Shown: positions 22,806 to 36,800, counted from the first letter of the stretch. The stretch: 64,000 nt of DNA from Lingula anatina (GCA_051362555.1 CM120642.1:23188001-23252000); one strand, 5' to 3'. Notes: a model not told the origin generated them from the sequence alone. Made by a program: numbers and translations.

Positions 22806-25193
22806 ATGGATGAGACGGCCGCGATGTATGCGGCAGTTCAGAAGCATTCAACGCCCGTAGCTCCGCCTCGGAGTCGAAAGAAAAGCAGCACTAGTAGCAG
22901 CACCAGTGGCAGCTCTACTCCCAGAACAAACCAGGACCCTGTCGCCCCGCCTAGGCGGAAATCGGTGGAAAAACAAAACCGATTGGTTGAATATAAGGAA
23001 GTCTATAGTAGCCTTCGATCTGCTTGCAAGTCACATAACCACGAGAAGATCAAGGACTTATTAAAGACACACGAAAAAGCAGCTCTAGACTTGTGTACCC
23101 GGTTTGAACAGTCGGAGGGGCAAGGGTCTCTGATGGCGAACGCGGCGTTAAACTGTGCTACAGACACCTTAAAATTGTTCTTCGATGCCGGAATTCCTGT
23201 TAACTGCATGGATTTGAACGGAGAAACGGCTCTTCACGCAGCTGTCAAGGGAAACCATGGCGCCGTCGTACACTTTCTTTTAAAGAATTACACCGAAGTG
23301 GACGTGGAATTACGAGACTTGGACGGCGCGACAGCTCTGATAACGGCGGTTGAAAACGGCAACATTGAAATCGTTAAGATGTTACTGGATTGCAAATGCA
23401 ATCCAAACTGTTCCTACAAACACGGGTTTACTGCTCTGCAACAAGCGGCCGCGCATTCAGAAGTAGAAATATGCAAGGTGTTACTGGAGAACGGCAAGGA
23501 TATCGATATCAATCAGCCAGACGAGGACGGAAACACGCCGCTGATTTTGGCAGCAAGCATAGGGTGTGAGAAAGTTGTAGAGGCGTTGATCAAGCATGGG
23601 GACTGCGACATTAATCGCCACAACAAACAGGGCTTTACGGCGCTCCACGGGGCAGTGGACGGCGGATACAGGGACGTTGTGTCCATCCTTGTTGAGGCAG
23701 GTGCGCAGGTAAACCACGTCCCGTCAACCGGTGTGACAGCTCTTTTCCAAGCTGTGGAAAATGGATTCGATGAAATCGTAGAGATCCTTCTAGAGAACAA
23801 AGCTTACGTCACGTTAGCTAAACCGGATGGGTCAACCCCTCTTCACGTCGCTGCATCTAAAGGGCGTGAGCAAACGCTGCGGAAGCTCATCAAATCAGGC
23901 GCTTGTATCGACCAGCAAGACAATGCCGGTGCCACGCCCTTGTTTGACGCGGCTTCCAAGGGACAAGAAGAAGCCGTGAAACTCCTCATCGCCGCCGGGG
24001 CTAACTTGCAGTTATCGGATAAAGAAGAATGGACGCACTTACACGTAGCTGCCAGCAACGGGCACGCAAATTTAATAGAACTTCTGGTGGATGCCGCAAG
24101 CGATAACATAAATAAACAAGGCAAGGCGGGGGTAACGGCTCTGTATCTTGCAGCCCAAAATGGTCACGTGGTGGCTGTCAGCGACTTGCTGGAACTAGGC
24201 GCCGACTTGAACATTGCAGAAATAACCAAGTCTCGCACTCCTCTCTTCGCCGCCGCTCTCAACGGTCACCTCGATATCATCAAGTTGCTTCTCTCAAAGG
24301 GCGCCGACATCAACTCGCCGGCATCCAACGGCTGTACACCACTCATGGCGGCCACGTCGTCACGCCACACTAGAGTCGTCAACTTTCTCCTAGAGAACGG
24401 TGCCAAGGTTTCCGGACACGATGATAAAGGGTTCGGTGCTCTCCACCTCGCCTCAGCCAGTGGGGATATTACTCTGGCTAAGTTATTCGTCGCTGCCGGG
24501 GCTGATGTTGACGCTCAGTCTTTTACTGGCATAACAAGTTTGTATCTTGCGGCACAAAACGGCCAAACTGATATGATAAGGTTTCTGCACTCTAAACAAA
24601 CTGACATGAACGTCATTGGGAAGAACGGGTATAGCGCTCTCCATATAGCGACCATTATGGGTCAAGAAGATTCGGTAAAGACGCTGCTTGAGGAAGGTGC
24701 TGACAGCGATGTTTGCAGTGCAAAAGGAGACACCAGTTTGCTGCTTTCCGTGATCTACGAAAAGTCAACCATCACAGAAATCTTAATATCATATGGTGCA
24801 GACGTGAACTGCAAAGACTCAGACCAAAAAACGCCCCTTCACCACGCCATAGAGAGGCATGATATTCTAATGTTGGAACTTCTCTTGGAAAATGACGCTG
24901 ACCCGAACAGCCAAGATGTCGCTGGCTGGACCCCGCTTCACATAGCGTCTCAGTTAGGGGACACTGATGCAGTCTCCGCTCTACTTTCCAATGGCGCTGA
25001 CGTCAACAAAGGTGACGTCGACATGACGACACCCCTTCACGTGGCTGTTTACGCCAAACGCACTGGGGTCACGAAGCAGCTTGTTAAGGCTGGTGCCGAT
25101 GTTTTAGCAGCCGGCTTTAAAGGACAGTCTCCCATGGACTTGGCGGTGACCTCTGAGATACGCAGAATTCTGGACGCTGCTGTAAAGCGGTGA
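22806..25193 (+). CDS. Ankyrin-repeat protein (~20 repeats, 795 aa) with Pro/Ser/basic N-terminal tail
   Basis: Uninterrupted 2.4-kb ORF with good start context (ACCATGG) and ~20 consecutive 33-aa TPLH-type repeats from about aa 105 to the end; N-terminal PVAPPR twice. Confidence 0.95.
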   Translation: MDETAAMYAAVQKHSTPVAPPRSRKKSSTSSSTSGSSTPRTNQDPVAPPRRKSVEKQNRLVEYKEVYSSLRSACKSHNHEKIKDLLKTHEKAALDLCTRFEQSEGQGSLMANAALNCATDTLKLFFDAGIPVNCMDLNGETALHAAVKGNHGAVVHFLLKNYTEVDVELRDLDGATALITAVENGNIEIVKMLLDCKCNPNCSYKHGFTALQQAAAHSEVEICKVLLENGKDIDINQPDEDGNTPLILAASIGCEKVVEALIKHGDCDINRHNKQGFTALHGAVDGGYRDVVSILVEAGAQVNHVPSTGVTALFQAVENGFDEIVEILLENKAYVTLAKPDGSTPLHVAASKGREQTLRKLIKSGACIDQQDNAGATPLFDAASKGQEEAVKLLIAAGANLQLSDKEEWTHLHVAASNGHANLIELLVDAASDNINKQGKAGVTALYLAAQNGHVVAVSDLLELGADLNIAEITKSRTPLFAAALNGHLDIIKLLLSKGADINSPASNGCTPLMAATSSRHTRVVNFLLENGAKVSGHDDKGFGALHLASASGDITLAKLFVAAGADVDAQSFTGITSLYLAAQNGQTDMIRFLHSKQTDMNVIGKNGYSALHIATIMGQEDSVKTLLEEGADSDVCSAKGDTSLLLSVIYEKSTITEILISYGADVNCKDSDQKTPLHHAIERHDILMLELLLENDADPNSQDVAGWTPLHIASQLGDTDAVSALLSNGADVNKGDVDMTTPLHVAVYAKRTGVTKQLVKAGADVLAAGFKGQSPMDLAVTSEIRRILDAAVKR

Positions 25194-26846
25194 AGCTAAA
25201 AAACTAGTCAACTGATTTTCTTTTTATTGGTATCACTTACTAGGACAATACCATGGATGTAACACGACTGATTTAAAAAGCATTCATATTAATTGATCTC
25301 GCATATGACTTTGCAGAGAACGATATGAACTCTCCATGTTGTCACAGCATATCCCCAACAGCAAGTTATATAGTAGATACATTCAAAAACCTGGTAAAAA
25401 CGACATTGTGGTATTCATTAGATGTCATCCTTCATCTTCGTCATCCAAAACAAGAGGGAAGAAGATATCATTAGACACATGTCATCATAACCCGTTTAAG
25501 AGCATGAATTTATGTTAAACAAATGTCAGTATATAGTTATTATATTTATAATAAGCCCGTACGTCGCGGTAACATTATTACTTCCAGAGTTTGCAATAAG
25601 ATACGTCGCAGCAGAAATTCTGTAAAATGAAACAGATTTATGTAATGCATTTAAGCAGTTACCGTAATTAGACATGTAGAATAATTGCTGGGTTGTAGTT
25701 ACACAAATACAATTATTTCACATGTGAACTCATTTTCTTGTTTTTTTTTAACAAAACAATTTGGGCACAGCAGACAGGAGAAAGGAGATGTGTTGGGGGA
25801 AGATGAGAAAAACCAAGGGGCAGAGCCAAATTTTTGCATGTCATTCACAAATCTACTAGTTATTTCTGACCTGACACGTCTACTGGATACTCATTTATCA
25901 ACTTCGTGTGAATTTTTTTGTTCAGCATTTTTTGGGGTGGGGATATGAACGTTCAAATGTTCATCACAAAATTTTAATAATAATGATATATTTCAAACTT
26001 AAATCATGGATGCTAATCATTCGAATGTAAGAGATTAAATAGAGGCCACTTATATACAGATGGTGTGATGGAAAGATGAAATTTCAACATATTACTCAGA
26101 ACGCCTATTTTAATATTAATGTATTTGAATCCGGCATCTTTCACATCTGGCTGGTGACCAGCTTTCTCCGAATTGGCCGCCAATGGCAAATAACCTTGAA
26201 CCAAGATAAGTTCCTTTTGTGTTATTTTAACAATGCACATAAACTAAGCGTGGTAAGCAAGAGAAAACATCAAAAAGAAATCCACAGGGACTTGTTGCCT
26301 TTGCCGTTCGTTAGATACATGTATATGTTTCTGAGCCGAAGAATGTGTGTATTTACCTTACATTTAAAGACCAATGTATTGGCAAAATCAATACAAAAAA
26401 GTCACTGGAGTATTTACCGTCACTACAGTTCCGTTAACACCCTCAAACCTGAAGCTTAGACATATGAGAACATCGAATGTCTTATATTTGGAAATATATA
26501 CAGTTTTTATCTAAGTCGAAATTGATTAAACATACAGCCGGGTTTTTTTTTCACTTGCCGTGGGAACGTAGGTGCTGACTGCAACAAAAAGCACAGATGG
26601 GTCTATTATTAAAGACGCATCACAGCTCGAAACAGAGTTTATAGCGTTAGCAATTCTATGCCTTATCTAAAGGAAATTGATGCTAAAGGAATATATAATC
26701 ACCAACGGTTTTGTTAATTGATCGTCTCAGTAGGATACTTAATTACCCCAACCCCACGGTCATGTTCACGGTATACATAAGTTACCCAGTGCTGGGTTTG
26801 CTAAGAATACGTACACAGGAAAGGTTTTCATGCGATCTCACACACG

Positions 26847-28140
26847 ATGGACGGTCGATCAGTACTAGCTTTGGCATTCCTTTCCTTCTGCGTCGTAGGA
26901 GCTTTCAGTTCAGGTAAAGTAGCCGACGAATGAGATTATGTTAACGTATTTTGGAACATTTGATTTGTTTTGTATTAATTTTTCTTCTTTAACAATTTTC
27001 ATGGCAGTTGTGCGTAATTAATAGACAAAATTAAGGTATCAAATGTATCAACGTTTATTTTGCGAGGCGACTTATATGACCCACCTCTTTATTTTCCAGT
27101 TGCTCTTTTCATATTTATTTTTATTATCCATTTCGATGCAAGTGAATTTGATATAATGACTATGACCTAATACATTCTATAACAACGGCAGTAAAACTAA
27201 AATGCATTAATTTAGGCAATATTAAAACGAAGGTAATAAACTATATACATCGGATGACTCTGTATAACAGGTGATTATTATCTTCTCATAGATTTGCATT
27301 CCTGCTACGTACCATGTGACGTGTTAACATTCAATAAAAGAAATTAAACCATGATTTTCCTTTTGAAGCGTGAGAAAACAAAACTAGTGTATATCGTGAT
27401 TAAGTTTAAGATAGATATTTACATAGTAGAGAGACACATAATAAGTGCTATGCAATAAAGGGTGTGACAGAGCAAGACGTTGAGCAAGAAGTTGTAAAGA
27501 GTACAACTTCTTGGACAGAGGGTGTGAATTCAAGTAGTATTTTGCCCAAAGCAGTGGGTCCACCAATCAAGTAACGATGGAGTTCATTCTGGCTAAAACA
27601 TGCTACATGTATTCAAGTTCCTATTTCTGATTATTAAAATAGATCAGTTCGGAGGCTGGTGCGTAAAGCATTCAAAAGTATATCAGTCAGTTTGCTGACA
27701 CACAAAGCGACAAACAAAGTTCCTTTAGCTGTACCGTACATCTATAAGAAGCCAAAAAGTGCTTTAGAAATACTCATTCACAGGGACACGTTCTCATATT
27801 ACACGATTGCGTTGTCATGAAAATGCGTTTAATTGTGAAGTGGCGTAGTCATTTTCCACGATAATCAAAGATGCTTTTTATATATTCAGATCGCCGAGCC
27901 TACTACCGTCGTGTTCTCCTGTCACACCATCCTGATGACTTGTTGGATACAAAAACTGTGTCGACCGCCATGAACTGCGCACGCGCATGTCTCAAGACTG
28001 CACAGTGCGCGGGGTTTAACGTCAGCAGAGGACGTGCTTTCAACAACGGAACAGCATACACGTGCGAGATACTCTCTGGGCCTTTCAATACGTCTGCATT
28101 GCAAAACAGTGTTGATTATGATTTCTGGGAGCTTCAGTAA
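26847..28140 (+). CDS. Small secreted PAN/apple-domain protein (105 aa, 2 exons)
   Basis: Exon 26847-26913 encodes a signal peptide (MDGRSVLALAFLSFCVVGAFSS) and has a phase-1 GT donor. Exon 27890-28140 encodes PAN Cys spacing CARACLKTAQCAGFN...TCEI and the stop. AATAAA at ~28276. Confidence 0.85.
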
Positions 28141-28774
28141 ATGCATTACCGATGAAGTTGGCGTGAAAGTGCATTGTACAAATAACACACCTGGTTGGCC
28201 TGCCAGCAACACCAAGGCTTATGTTGAACTTTTTTTTTGGGGGGGGGGGGGGGGGAGGGGGGGGGAGGGGGGGTAAATAAAGTGCGTGAAGTGCGTTATA
28301 AAATGTCATATTCTGCCCATGGCACTATAATTTCCAAGTTACTCGTTATACCATTGTCATAGTAAAGAGCATTTTTCTGTACGGCTCAAAAACTTTCACC
28401 TAGGAACTATGAAGTTGAAAAGCAGTGTAGATGTTTGTTACAGGCAACCGAGAGATGTGCAGACCCCTACCACCTACCACCTCTATCATCCGTAATAAGG
28501 AAAAGAAGACTGAATTTTGCCATACACCCTGTCCGAACACTAAATCAATCAAGCTTATCTTTAGGTTTTGGGCACCGCCAGGTAGGGAGGCTAATCTAGG
28601 CAGACCAAATGTTACCTAAACAGACACTTTCATGATTAATACCAACAAAAACACTAGGACTATTGACACGGAAGCTACTCTGTTGCTACCATTTCACCTA
28701 TGGCCTGGAGCGAAGGAGAGTGTATATGGGAGGGTTTACCTTCCCAAATGACTCTGAACTCCATCCTTATTCGC

Positions 28775-28865
28775 CTGCTAACCCGACTGCTAGCCTTCTA
28801 ATCTGATCGATAGTCTTTTGATCCGACTGCTAGCCTGCCAATCCGACTGCTAGCCTGCTAACCCA
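28775..28865. repeat. Degenerate ~19-bp tandem repeat (CCGACTGCTAGCCTGCTAA)
   Basis: 3-4 visible units. Confidence 0.7.
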
Positions 28866-30010
28866 AATGTTGGCATTCCGATTGCCTTTTTTGAATGCTC
28901 AGAGATTTAAAAAGAAACATTAAGGAAATACACCATTTCCAGAGCTTTGAGTTGTTGTTCGATGTCCCTTTAACGCACATAGCAGTGGCAGGTTACATTA
29001 CTTTGATTGACATACGCATTGAAATATAAAATATTAGTTAAAACTGCAGTATAGACATTCAAAATCCAAAAACAGAAGAAAAACGAAGCCGAAGACAGTT
29101 AACGGGAAATTCTTGCCTGTTTTAGAAAATACTGAAGGAACAGTTTATCATGATATCGATGTGTATAACAAGGCTGGTTTGACTAATTATAATACACTTT
29201 AGCCCGGAAACATTGGTCTGTTTCAATTCAAGACCCATATATCATCCCACCTTAATAATGTAAGTACCGATCTGAAACATTGTTACGGTGGTTATTAACT
29301 TCGTAACTATTGATGAAAGGAGTCAGTTCTTGGAATATACTTTGCTTTATTTCTGAGTGCAGTTTACAAGACTTCTAAGTGCTAACTTCAACCCTTTAAG
29401 TCACTGCTCTTACTAGTAGTTGATCCTCTGTTTTAGCACTTGAGCTTTTCGGAACTTGACTAACTTTTCAATAAATTTCACATATATTTATATTATAATA
29501 AATAGCGTACCGTTTGCAAATACAAAGGTACCGTGTGCATTTTACCATATATGGTCAGAATTACTTTACGCATTGAACAATAATGATTGCATGGACAATA
29601 GGTGAAATCATCAAACCTAAATGCTGGATTACATGAGATTGGTTATACAGATCATTTACGGCATGCAGCTAATATCTTTACCTTATTATGTATAATGTGA
29701 TGCAGGAGGCAGGTCATTGTTTTTGCTTAGGTATCAATGTCCAAATTTCCCTAACTAATTGTCACGCCTCAAAAATAAAACATGACTTCACAACTTAAAT
29801 GCAAAGACGATCATCCAGTGCACAATACAGTGCATAGGGTCAGATAGTTCTCGGTATATTGAAGAGGGGTTTTCCAAAATTTTCATTTTAAACGTTATGT
29901 TACCCCGTGACAACATTAAGCACAGCTTTCTTGTTATCAATAATAACATTTCGTGTGATTGAAATGACACTATTTGTCGTACATGTAGGTGTAAGGAATC
30001 GTTCACAATG

Positions 30011-30160
30011 AAACCATCGGTCTACGTAGATCGATCCGACGCTGCGGAGGTTCTACTCAACTTTAAAAGGAGTGTGTTAATCTCTTAATCTGATTGCATT
30101 CAGCGAGAGTCCCCGCGTAGATGCATCGATCTACGTAAACCGATAATTCCATTGGGAATG
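30011..30160. mobile_element. Internally deleted family A palindromic element
   Basis: ATCGGTCTACGTAGATCGAT ... ATCGATCTACGTAAACCGAT arms. Confidence 0.55.
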
Positions 30161-31210
30161 AGTACAAATCAACTTAAAATTTTGGCCTGGAAGTTCGGAT
30201 TAATTTTCGGGTTCAAGCAATTACGTATAAATGACACAGGCCCCATTATTCCAGCTTTATCCACTAGATACGGCCTAAATTACCCAGTCAACAACTTGTC
30301 TTGGTCACAAAGACGCGAAGACGTCTGATATGAAAGACTTTCGCAAGAGATCCCAAAGACTTTTTTTTACAAAATGAATGGACAACGTCTTGATGTAAAG
30401 ACCACACAGATCGGCGTTTTTTCCAACAAGAAAGAGGGTTAAATGTTTTGATCTTTCCTAATATATAATTAATCTCGTCGTGCTGGAAAAATTACCCCCG
30501 ATTGTGACTTTGTGCATTGCTTTAGGTGGGACACACACCAGGGTTACATTGATTGCAGCGACACCTAACCAAAGCTGTAATTACCGGTAGAAAAAAATAA
30601 CAAATTTATGTTTTAAATATTCAAGTATTTTTGTACTTCACAAGTCAAATAGTTTTTGTTTTTTTTTTTCTGGAAAATAATATTTTAGCTCTGAAGTTAT
30701 TCATCCTTCAATTATTTTCAAAGTCGTGAAACAGCACAATAACGGAAGACTTTGTAAACACATAAAATAGTTGCCAATAGTAGGCTATTTATCGCATGAC
30801 TTTCGATGTGCCTTCGTATGGCCGTCATATTCATTACCAAACTTTTATATCTTTTCGATGAACACACAAGTCTCCAAGATCAAATGATTATTTATAAAAA
30901 ATATTTGTGATTATCCGTTTTTTTAAAGAAAAATTCCGGATACTGACAAAACTAAACTGAATTTATGTGTCACTGCAACACTGATGGATGCAGACTGATA
31001 CATGTTATGGGATATTGTTGCTTGACAAATTTTAAGTAAATAGTGATCTTAGGATCAATGCTTGTAACTTATAAAATAACAGTAATTTAGTCGTCTCCCG
31101 CACATAGTTGTGTAGGCAGTTGAACCCCCCCCCCCCCCCCACCCCTCAGAATTTTGAAATAAAGTTATCATTGTGGATCTGTACTAAAAACTTTTAAGTA
31201 TTTTCCTTTC

Positions 31211-32363
31211 CAGTAAATTATATAGACACAATCAATACCCTGGATTGGTTTAACAAGGTTAAACGAAGTTCAAATAAATTACTTTATATGATGTGTTTCC
31301 ATAAAAACAGAGCATCAATTTTAGATCCATTTTATACGTTTTCAGTGTTTTACGTCAGCAATTCAACTTGGGCCGATCAATGTTACTATGCAGAAATCCA
31401 TCTCTGTTTAATATTACCCACAACATAACGAGCAGGCTAGCACTTTACCCCTCTTGTGAAAGTTATGTCGTCTCTTGGCAGAGCCCCCCCCCCCCCAAAA
31501 TCACACACATGAGCGCGCGCGCGCACGCGCACAGACACAGACACACACACACACACAAGTCGCCAATCTACTAGAGTGGTACAAGCAACAATTGCCTTGA
31601 ATGAACGATCACAGACGGGGGTTGCTCTTAATTCTTAAGTCCTATGGAAAATATAGTGAAGATCTCAGTAATGCACCAATGTACCAATCTGAAACACAAA
31701 CCAACAGAAAGACTGACAGAGCGATTAGTCTGATGATCGCAGTTCATTAATTATATAAATACTTGGTATGGTTATAACTTTTATATCTTAGACATGCATC
31801 ATATTTTTGTTTCAGATTCATAAAGCTATTACAATCGTGGCGATAATTGCGTTGGACAAAAGTAGGTTTATTGCCTGTATTAATTTACCGTACAATTATA
31901 GATTTTTTAGCGTGAAACGTTTTACGTAGAGACAGACGAGAGAAACGTATTAAGATACCAGCGAAATACTCGAGCTATCTATAGGGCTACCAAAATCAAA
32001 GAATAGTGCAAAGCTTTAGAAAGGCGTTTTACTAACCCAATTTTCCAATTCCACCCTGTAGACTTTTGCAGACTTAGTGGTGCCTCTCTATTTTATCCAC
32101 CTCCCCCTAAAATCTTGAAGACTGATAACTGATCAGCTCTGTGGAAGCTCAGATTACGGCGTGGTGGCAGCTTGTGCAAGCAAACGTATTTTTCAAACAT
32201 TACCGGTGCCGGTGGGGAGGAGTAAATGTAGGAGAGTTTTTTTAGTCTCTTCCTTTCTCCCGCTCCAGTAGAAGTACAGACATAATCAATAACCTGGGTT
32301 GGTTAAACAAGGTTTAATGAATTTCAAATAAAGTACTTTATTTGATGTTTTTCCATAAAAACA
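31211..32363. repeat. Diverged ~100-bp direct repeat pair (31211-31308 and 32266-32363)
   Basis: AATCAATAcCCTGGaTTGGTTtAACAAGGTTaAA...TTTCCATAAAAACA is present twice. Confidence 0.75.
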
Positions 32364-32509
32364 AACTTCAGTTCTTATATATCGCTGTAAATAAGGGTAC
32401 TATAATGGTCCCCGTCCACTTCATTTGGAAAAGAATCGTAACTTGATTGATTTGCCTTTCTTTTTATTCCTTACTAAAGAATTTAATCACTGGCGGATTC
32501 AAGACAAGA

Positions 32510-32612
32510 TGTAATTCCGCCGCGGGGTATTCAGGGCACAGACCGTGATCACAAGATACCGCAAATAGATTTTTAGATTTTTAGAAAATAGATTTTTCAT
32601 GTAAACGCAGCG
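32510..32612. repeat. Half copy of the palindromic MITE at 39105-39361
   Basis: GTGATCACAAGATACCGCAAATAGATTTTTAGATTTTTAGAAAATAGATTTT...CATGTAAACGCAGC matches the arms at 39105-39361. Confidence 0.8.
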
Positions 32613-33896
32613 TAAGTCCCTGGGCTGAATCTGAATGGGGAAACGAGACTACAGGTTAGCTGTGGTTCACTGTCGTGCGTGACTGAAGGAAACGAAACAG
32701 TATTGGGTCATAACACCTGTGATTGCACGCTCAGGTGACAGGATTTTCCTATACATTGTTGTTTTATGAAAAGCAGAGTGTATTTCAGAGTATTTCAATT
32801 TCCCAAAATTGAACGATTTGTATAGTTCGCGTGTGTGGGCGATAATACTTTGTACTGATGTTGAAGACGAAACAGTGGTAACGCACAACAACCCGTTTTC
32901 TTCACCCATCATAACATGACAATACTATTCTGAGACTTTTCTTTTCCAAAATGTACACCTGCAAACAGACTGGTATGTCTGTGTCCCAGATTTAAGCACT
33001 GTTTTGGCGTCATTTTCGGATAAGAATTTAAAAAGTTTAAAATACAGAGCAATGTTTGGAAACACAAATTTGTTTTTTTTATAATAAGACAAATCCATCC
33101 CCTTTCACATGAAAGCACCCCATTGTAATCTAACACATAGGGATATTTTGACAGACTTTCAAAGATGATAACCCATTGTTGTAATCCAGTACCGTGGACA
33201 TGCAGATATGAGTATATGCATGAAAAAGAAGAAAACTATCCAAACCATGAAGTTGGAATGTTTACTTTGACACTCGTTAGATACTACTTGTAGTATTTGA
33301 TGGACAAATAATCGTTAAAGGTTGATGTTAGCATGCAGCAAAAACAGTTTTATAATGAACTATATATTAGACCTTTTCAATATAAATGATAAATGAAGAT
33401 TGACAAGTTCATTGGTTGTCGCGGTGCTTTGCCATCGCCATATTGTTTCCGATTGGTGTGACGTCTAAAGGCATTGTGGAGAGTTCATTCTAAACTTGGA
33501 CGAGAAATACATTGTATTTGTGTTATTTGTCCAAGTTCTAAACTACGGTCAGTTGGAACAGGAGAATGAAGGTAAGATTGTATTATCGCAATACATTTGA
33601 GAATCAACGGCAACTAGTACTAATGATCCAGCGACATCATAGACTTGTGTATACGAGCTGTATTGTCACTGAGAATGTCCTACTCTAGCATAGATAGTGG
33701 CAATAAAATTCGTTTGGCTAAAAAAACCAACGAGGTTTATATTACTTAACCATCCATGATTTATCACCTAGCAGACGATGGAAATAATTAACCAAAGAAA
33801 AATCGATGATTGTATTGTTGTGCTTTAATTCGAAAGCGTTGAGCTTATTCTGTAAATTTTACATACTGTTCATTCGACATGTTACCGGTAATAGGG

Positions 33897-36800
33897 ATGA
33901 TGAAAACCGAAGCTGCCCTTGCTTTCATACAGCTGATAATCCTGTTTTTTGGAAGAAAGGGATGCGTGCATGGGGAAGAAGGTAAGTGGAGGTTGGATAC
34001 AGTTACTTTTATCAACGTATTACGAACAGTTAAAACTATGATAAACGTGGAACAATTCTCGCACAGAATACAACACCACACGGATACCGATGGAAACATT
34101 CATTAAAACCCTATCTTAAAAAGCACTTACTTGATTTAAAATGTCACCTTTCAATGTGGTTTCAAACGATTGTATTCAGACCCGTAGCCAGCAATTTCAA
34201 AAGGGGTTTCTTTTTCTGAAAAAGTGGACCTTTTACCATGAAACCTTCATCTTCTTAGAGAAAATTTTACTCAGAGGGGGACCTTTTCTCGGCAAAAGGG
34301 AAAAAACCGAACACCCCTGGCTACAGGCCTGGTCTTAAATAATGCCAACAACAGAATTGCGTAAACGCGTGATGAAGCGGGCACAATATCTGTAACTTAG
34401 CTAAGCAACAGCCCTCTGAAATTGAATTTAATGGGATGGTGATTTGAAAATACTGAACTAGCTTATCATATCAATAATTTCTTATAATAGGTTTTTGTAT
34501 TTCGATATTATTTTTTGAAATTTCTCCCCCTTGCGTTAGAACTGAAATTGATTACTGACATAGATCTAATTATTACAAAGACTTGCCCTATTCCCCTATT
34601 GCAGCCAAAATTAGATTAGTTACACTAAAAGACTTTTTACGGTTAAAGAATAAGGACTTCTGAATCATTCACGTCTTTTTCACATATCCAGCAAAATTAC
34701 AGTTTACATTTTTAAATATATATTAAGAAACAGATTTAGAAAATTTATTAAAATCGTCACTGTGGCGCGTATTTCAGATTCCTTGACTGTGTATGGTGCG
34801 CAGTCACTGCCGGCAGATGACGCCACATCCACTGCCACGTGCCCAGATGGTTACGTCATTCGTTCGTGCGAATGTTACATGGTCGGAGTGTATCACTGCG
34901 ACGGGTCAGTTATAGAGGATGACGTCACTTGCGTTTCCTATAATGCTGGTCATCCCTACATTTCACAGGTCAGATAACATGTAATTTCAATTTTTAGATT
35001 TCCATTCATTTTCTATAAAGGAAATATAGAAAAAATTAAAAAGATTTCTGAATGAATAAAATAGAGTAAAAAAAATAAAATGCAGTTTTTGTTCTCCGTG
35101 TGTCTGAAAACCAAACGGCGAAAATGCATTTCTTTTTAAATAGCACTGGGGAGAGCTGATATGGCAAATTTCATTCGGAAAATGTTTTGCCTAAATTTTG
35201 TAAGTCGTAAATAGGAAGCAATGTGTCTGATCAATATCGTGTCTTGCAAGTCTCCAAAAATCCGCACACATTTACTTACAAATCAACCAGCACATTATGA
35301 AAATCAACAAAACAGCAATAACAACAGCAAAGATAAATAAGTGTACCTCATTCATTCTGTTTTGCTTTGTGTATAGGCCAAGGCGACTTGCGTACGTGAC
35401 AGGGGGAATTCAAACTTAATCACACTGTACGACCCAGAGACAGACTACACTATGGTACCTACCGCCACATGCCCGCCCATGTTTGCCATGGTTTCGTGTT
35501 CTGTTCACTCTGCGTAAGTTTTCATGTTGTACTTTCATGTAACCGTGACTTAATATAAAAGCATAAACGTCAAGGAATTTTTTCCAGAGCAAAATCTGGC
35601 TTATCTAAACATGGCAGGCGACAGCTTTTAATACACCTGTATACTACTCCAAAGAATTTAGGGAACACCAGCCATTTAAAATCCAAACGTTTGAACCATG
35701 CCTATTATTAATTAATACTAGCAATTCTAAGACAAAGGGGGCGTTCAGATAAACCCATCGTACTTGCCAGATCGATCCAACTCTGCGGGAGGTTCTCCCT
35801 AAGGTTTTAATATCATTTAGCGATTTTACAACAATCGTTTACTATCCAATCAAGGTGACAGCCGAGCGTGTATTTAACCCCCTTGCTTTTTTGCTTTACG
35901 CATTATGATATTTGATAGTTAAGTCCAAACGCAATGCATTATTCAATAAAGTGATGGTCGACAGTTATTATTTTTACAATTTTACTTGTTGAACGGTAAA
36001 CGTTCTTTTTAAATATTTGTTATTCTAATTGTACCCTAATTCTTTTTTGGTAGTATACTAAGCAACAATAGTGAAAAAAATTGAACAATGTTAAAAGGCT
36101 GTATATATACATTGTAAATCTTACTCTGGTTAAAACTTTTGTCTTTACGTAGAGCAAATACAAATGGCTGATTTCGCCTTGCAATGTGACTTATGCTCTC
36201 AGGTGGACTGCGACAAATGTCGTCTTGACCTTGGATTACCAAAGGGAAACCTGTACAGCTATTGGCTGCGGAGGGCGTGGATGCCACATTAGTCTACGGT
36301 GTCAACGGTTAACAAGTATGTATGCTAAGATTGTATTGTATAACTATATATACCCCGGACCTGTAATCACAATATCCACCCCAGCTTCACTGTGCACTTT
36401 ATGATTGTATGTCTGGTAAAAAGATATTTCACTATTGACGGTGTCCAAAGCCTACTTCCAAGGCAACTGATATATTTTCCGTACATAAGTGATTATACTG
36501 CCTCCATCTGTCGATTCTCTCTTTAATATCATATCTTTGTTGGTACCGACTGGCTCATGCAGCCATTGTAAAACGACCAGATTTCTTTTCATAGCAACAT
36601 AATAGTACAAACTATCATTTCAGAGTCAAGAACTGGGTTACCATACCTAGATCGATCTAAAAGGATCGAACCATCTGTAAGGGGTTTCTCGCTAAATTGC
36701 TTTCTGCTTAAATATCTGGCACGCCTACACGATAGTTAATTACCTTCTAACAGCTTCAGTGGGCGTGCCAGACATCTAAGCCGCTTAAGCTGAAAGTGAA

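Noticed and set aside
23003-24665. Minus-strand ORFs inside the ankyrin gene
   Set aside because: Antisense shadows of a GC-richer coding exon.
28775-28865. Short repeat array superficially like a CRISPR
   Set aside because: Degenerate tandem repeat without unique spacers, in a eukaryotic context with no cas genes.
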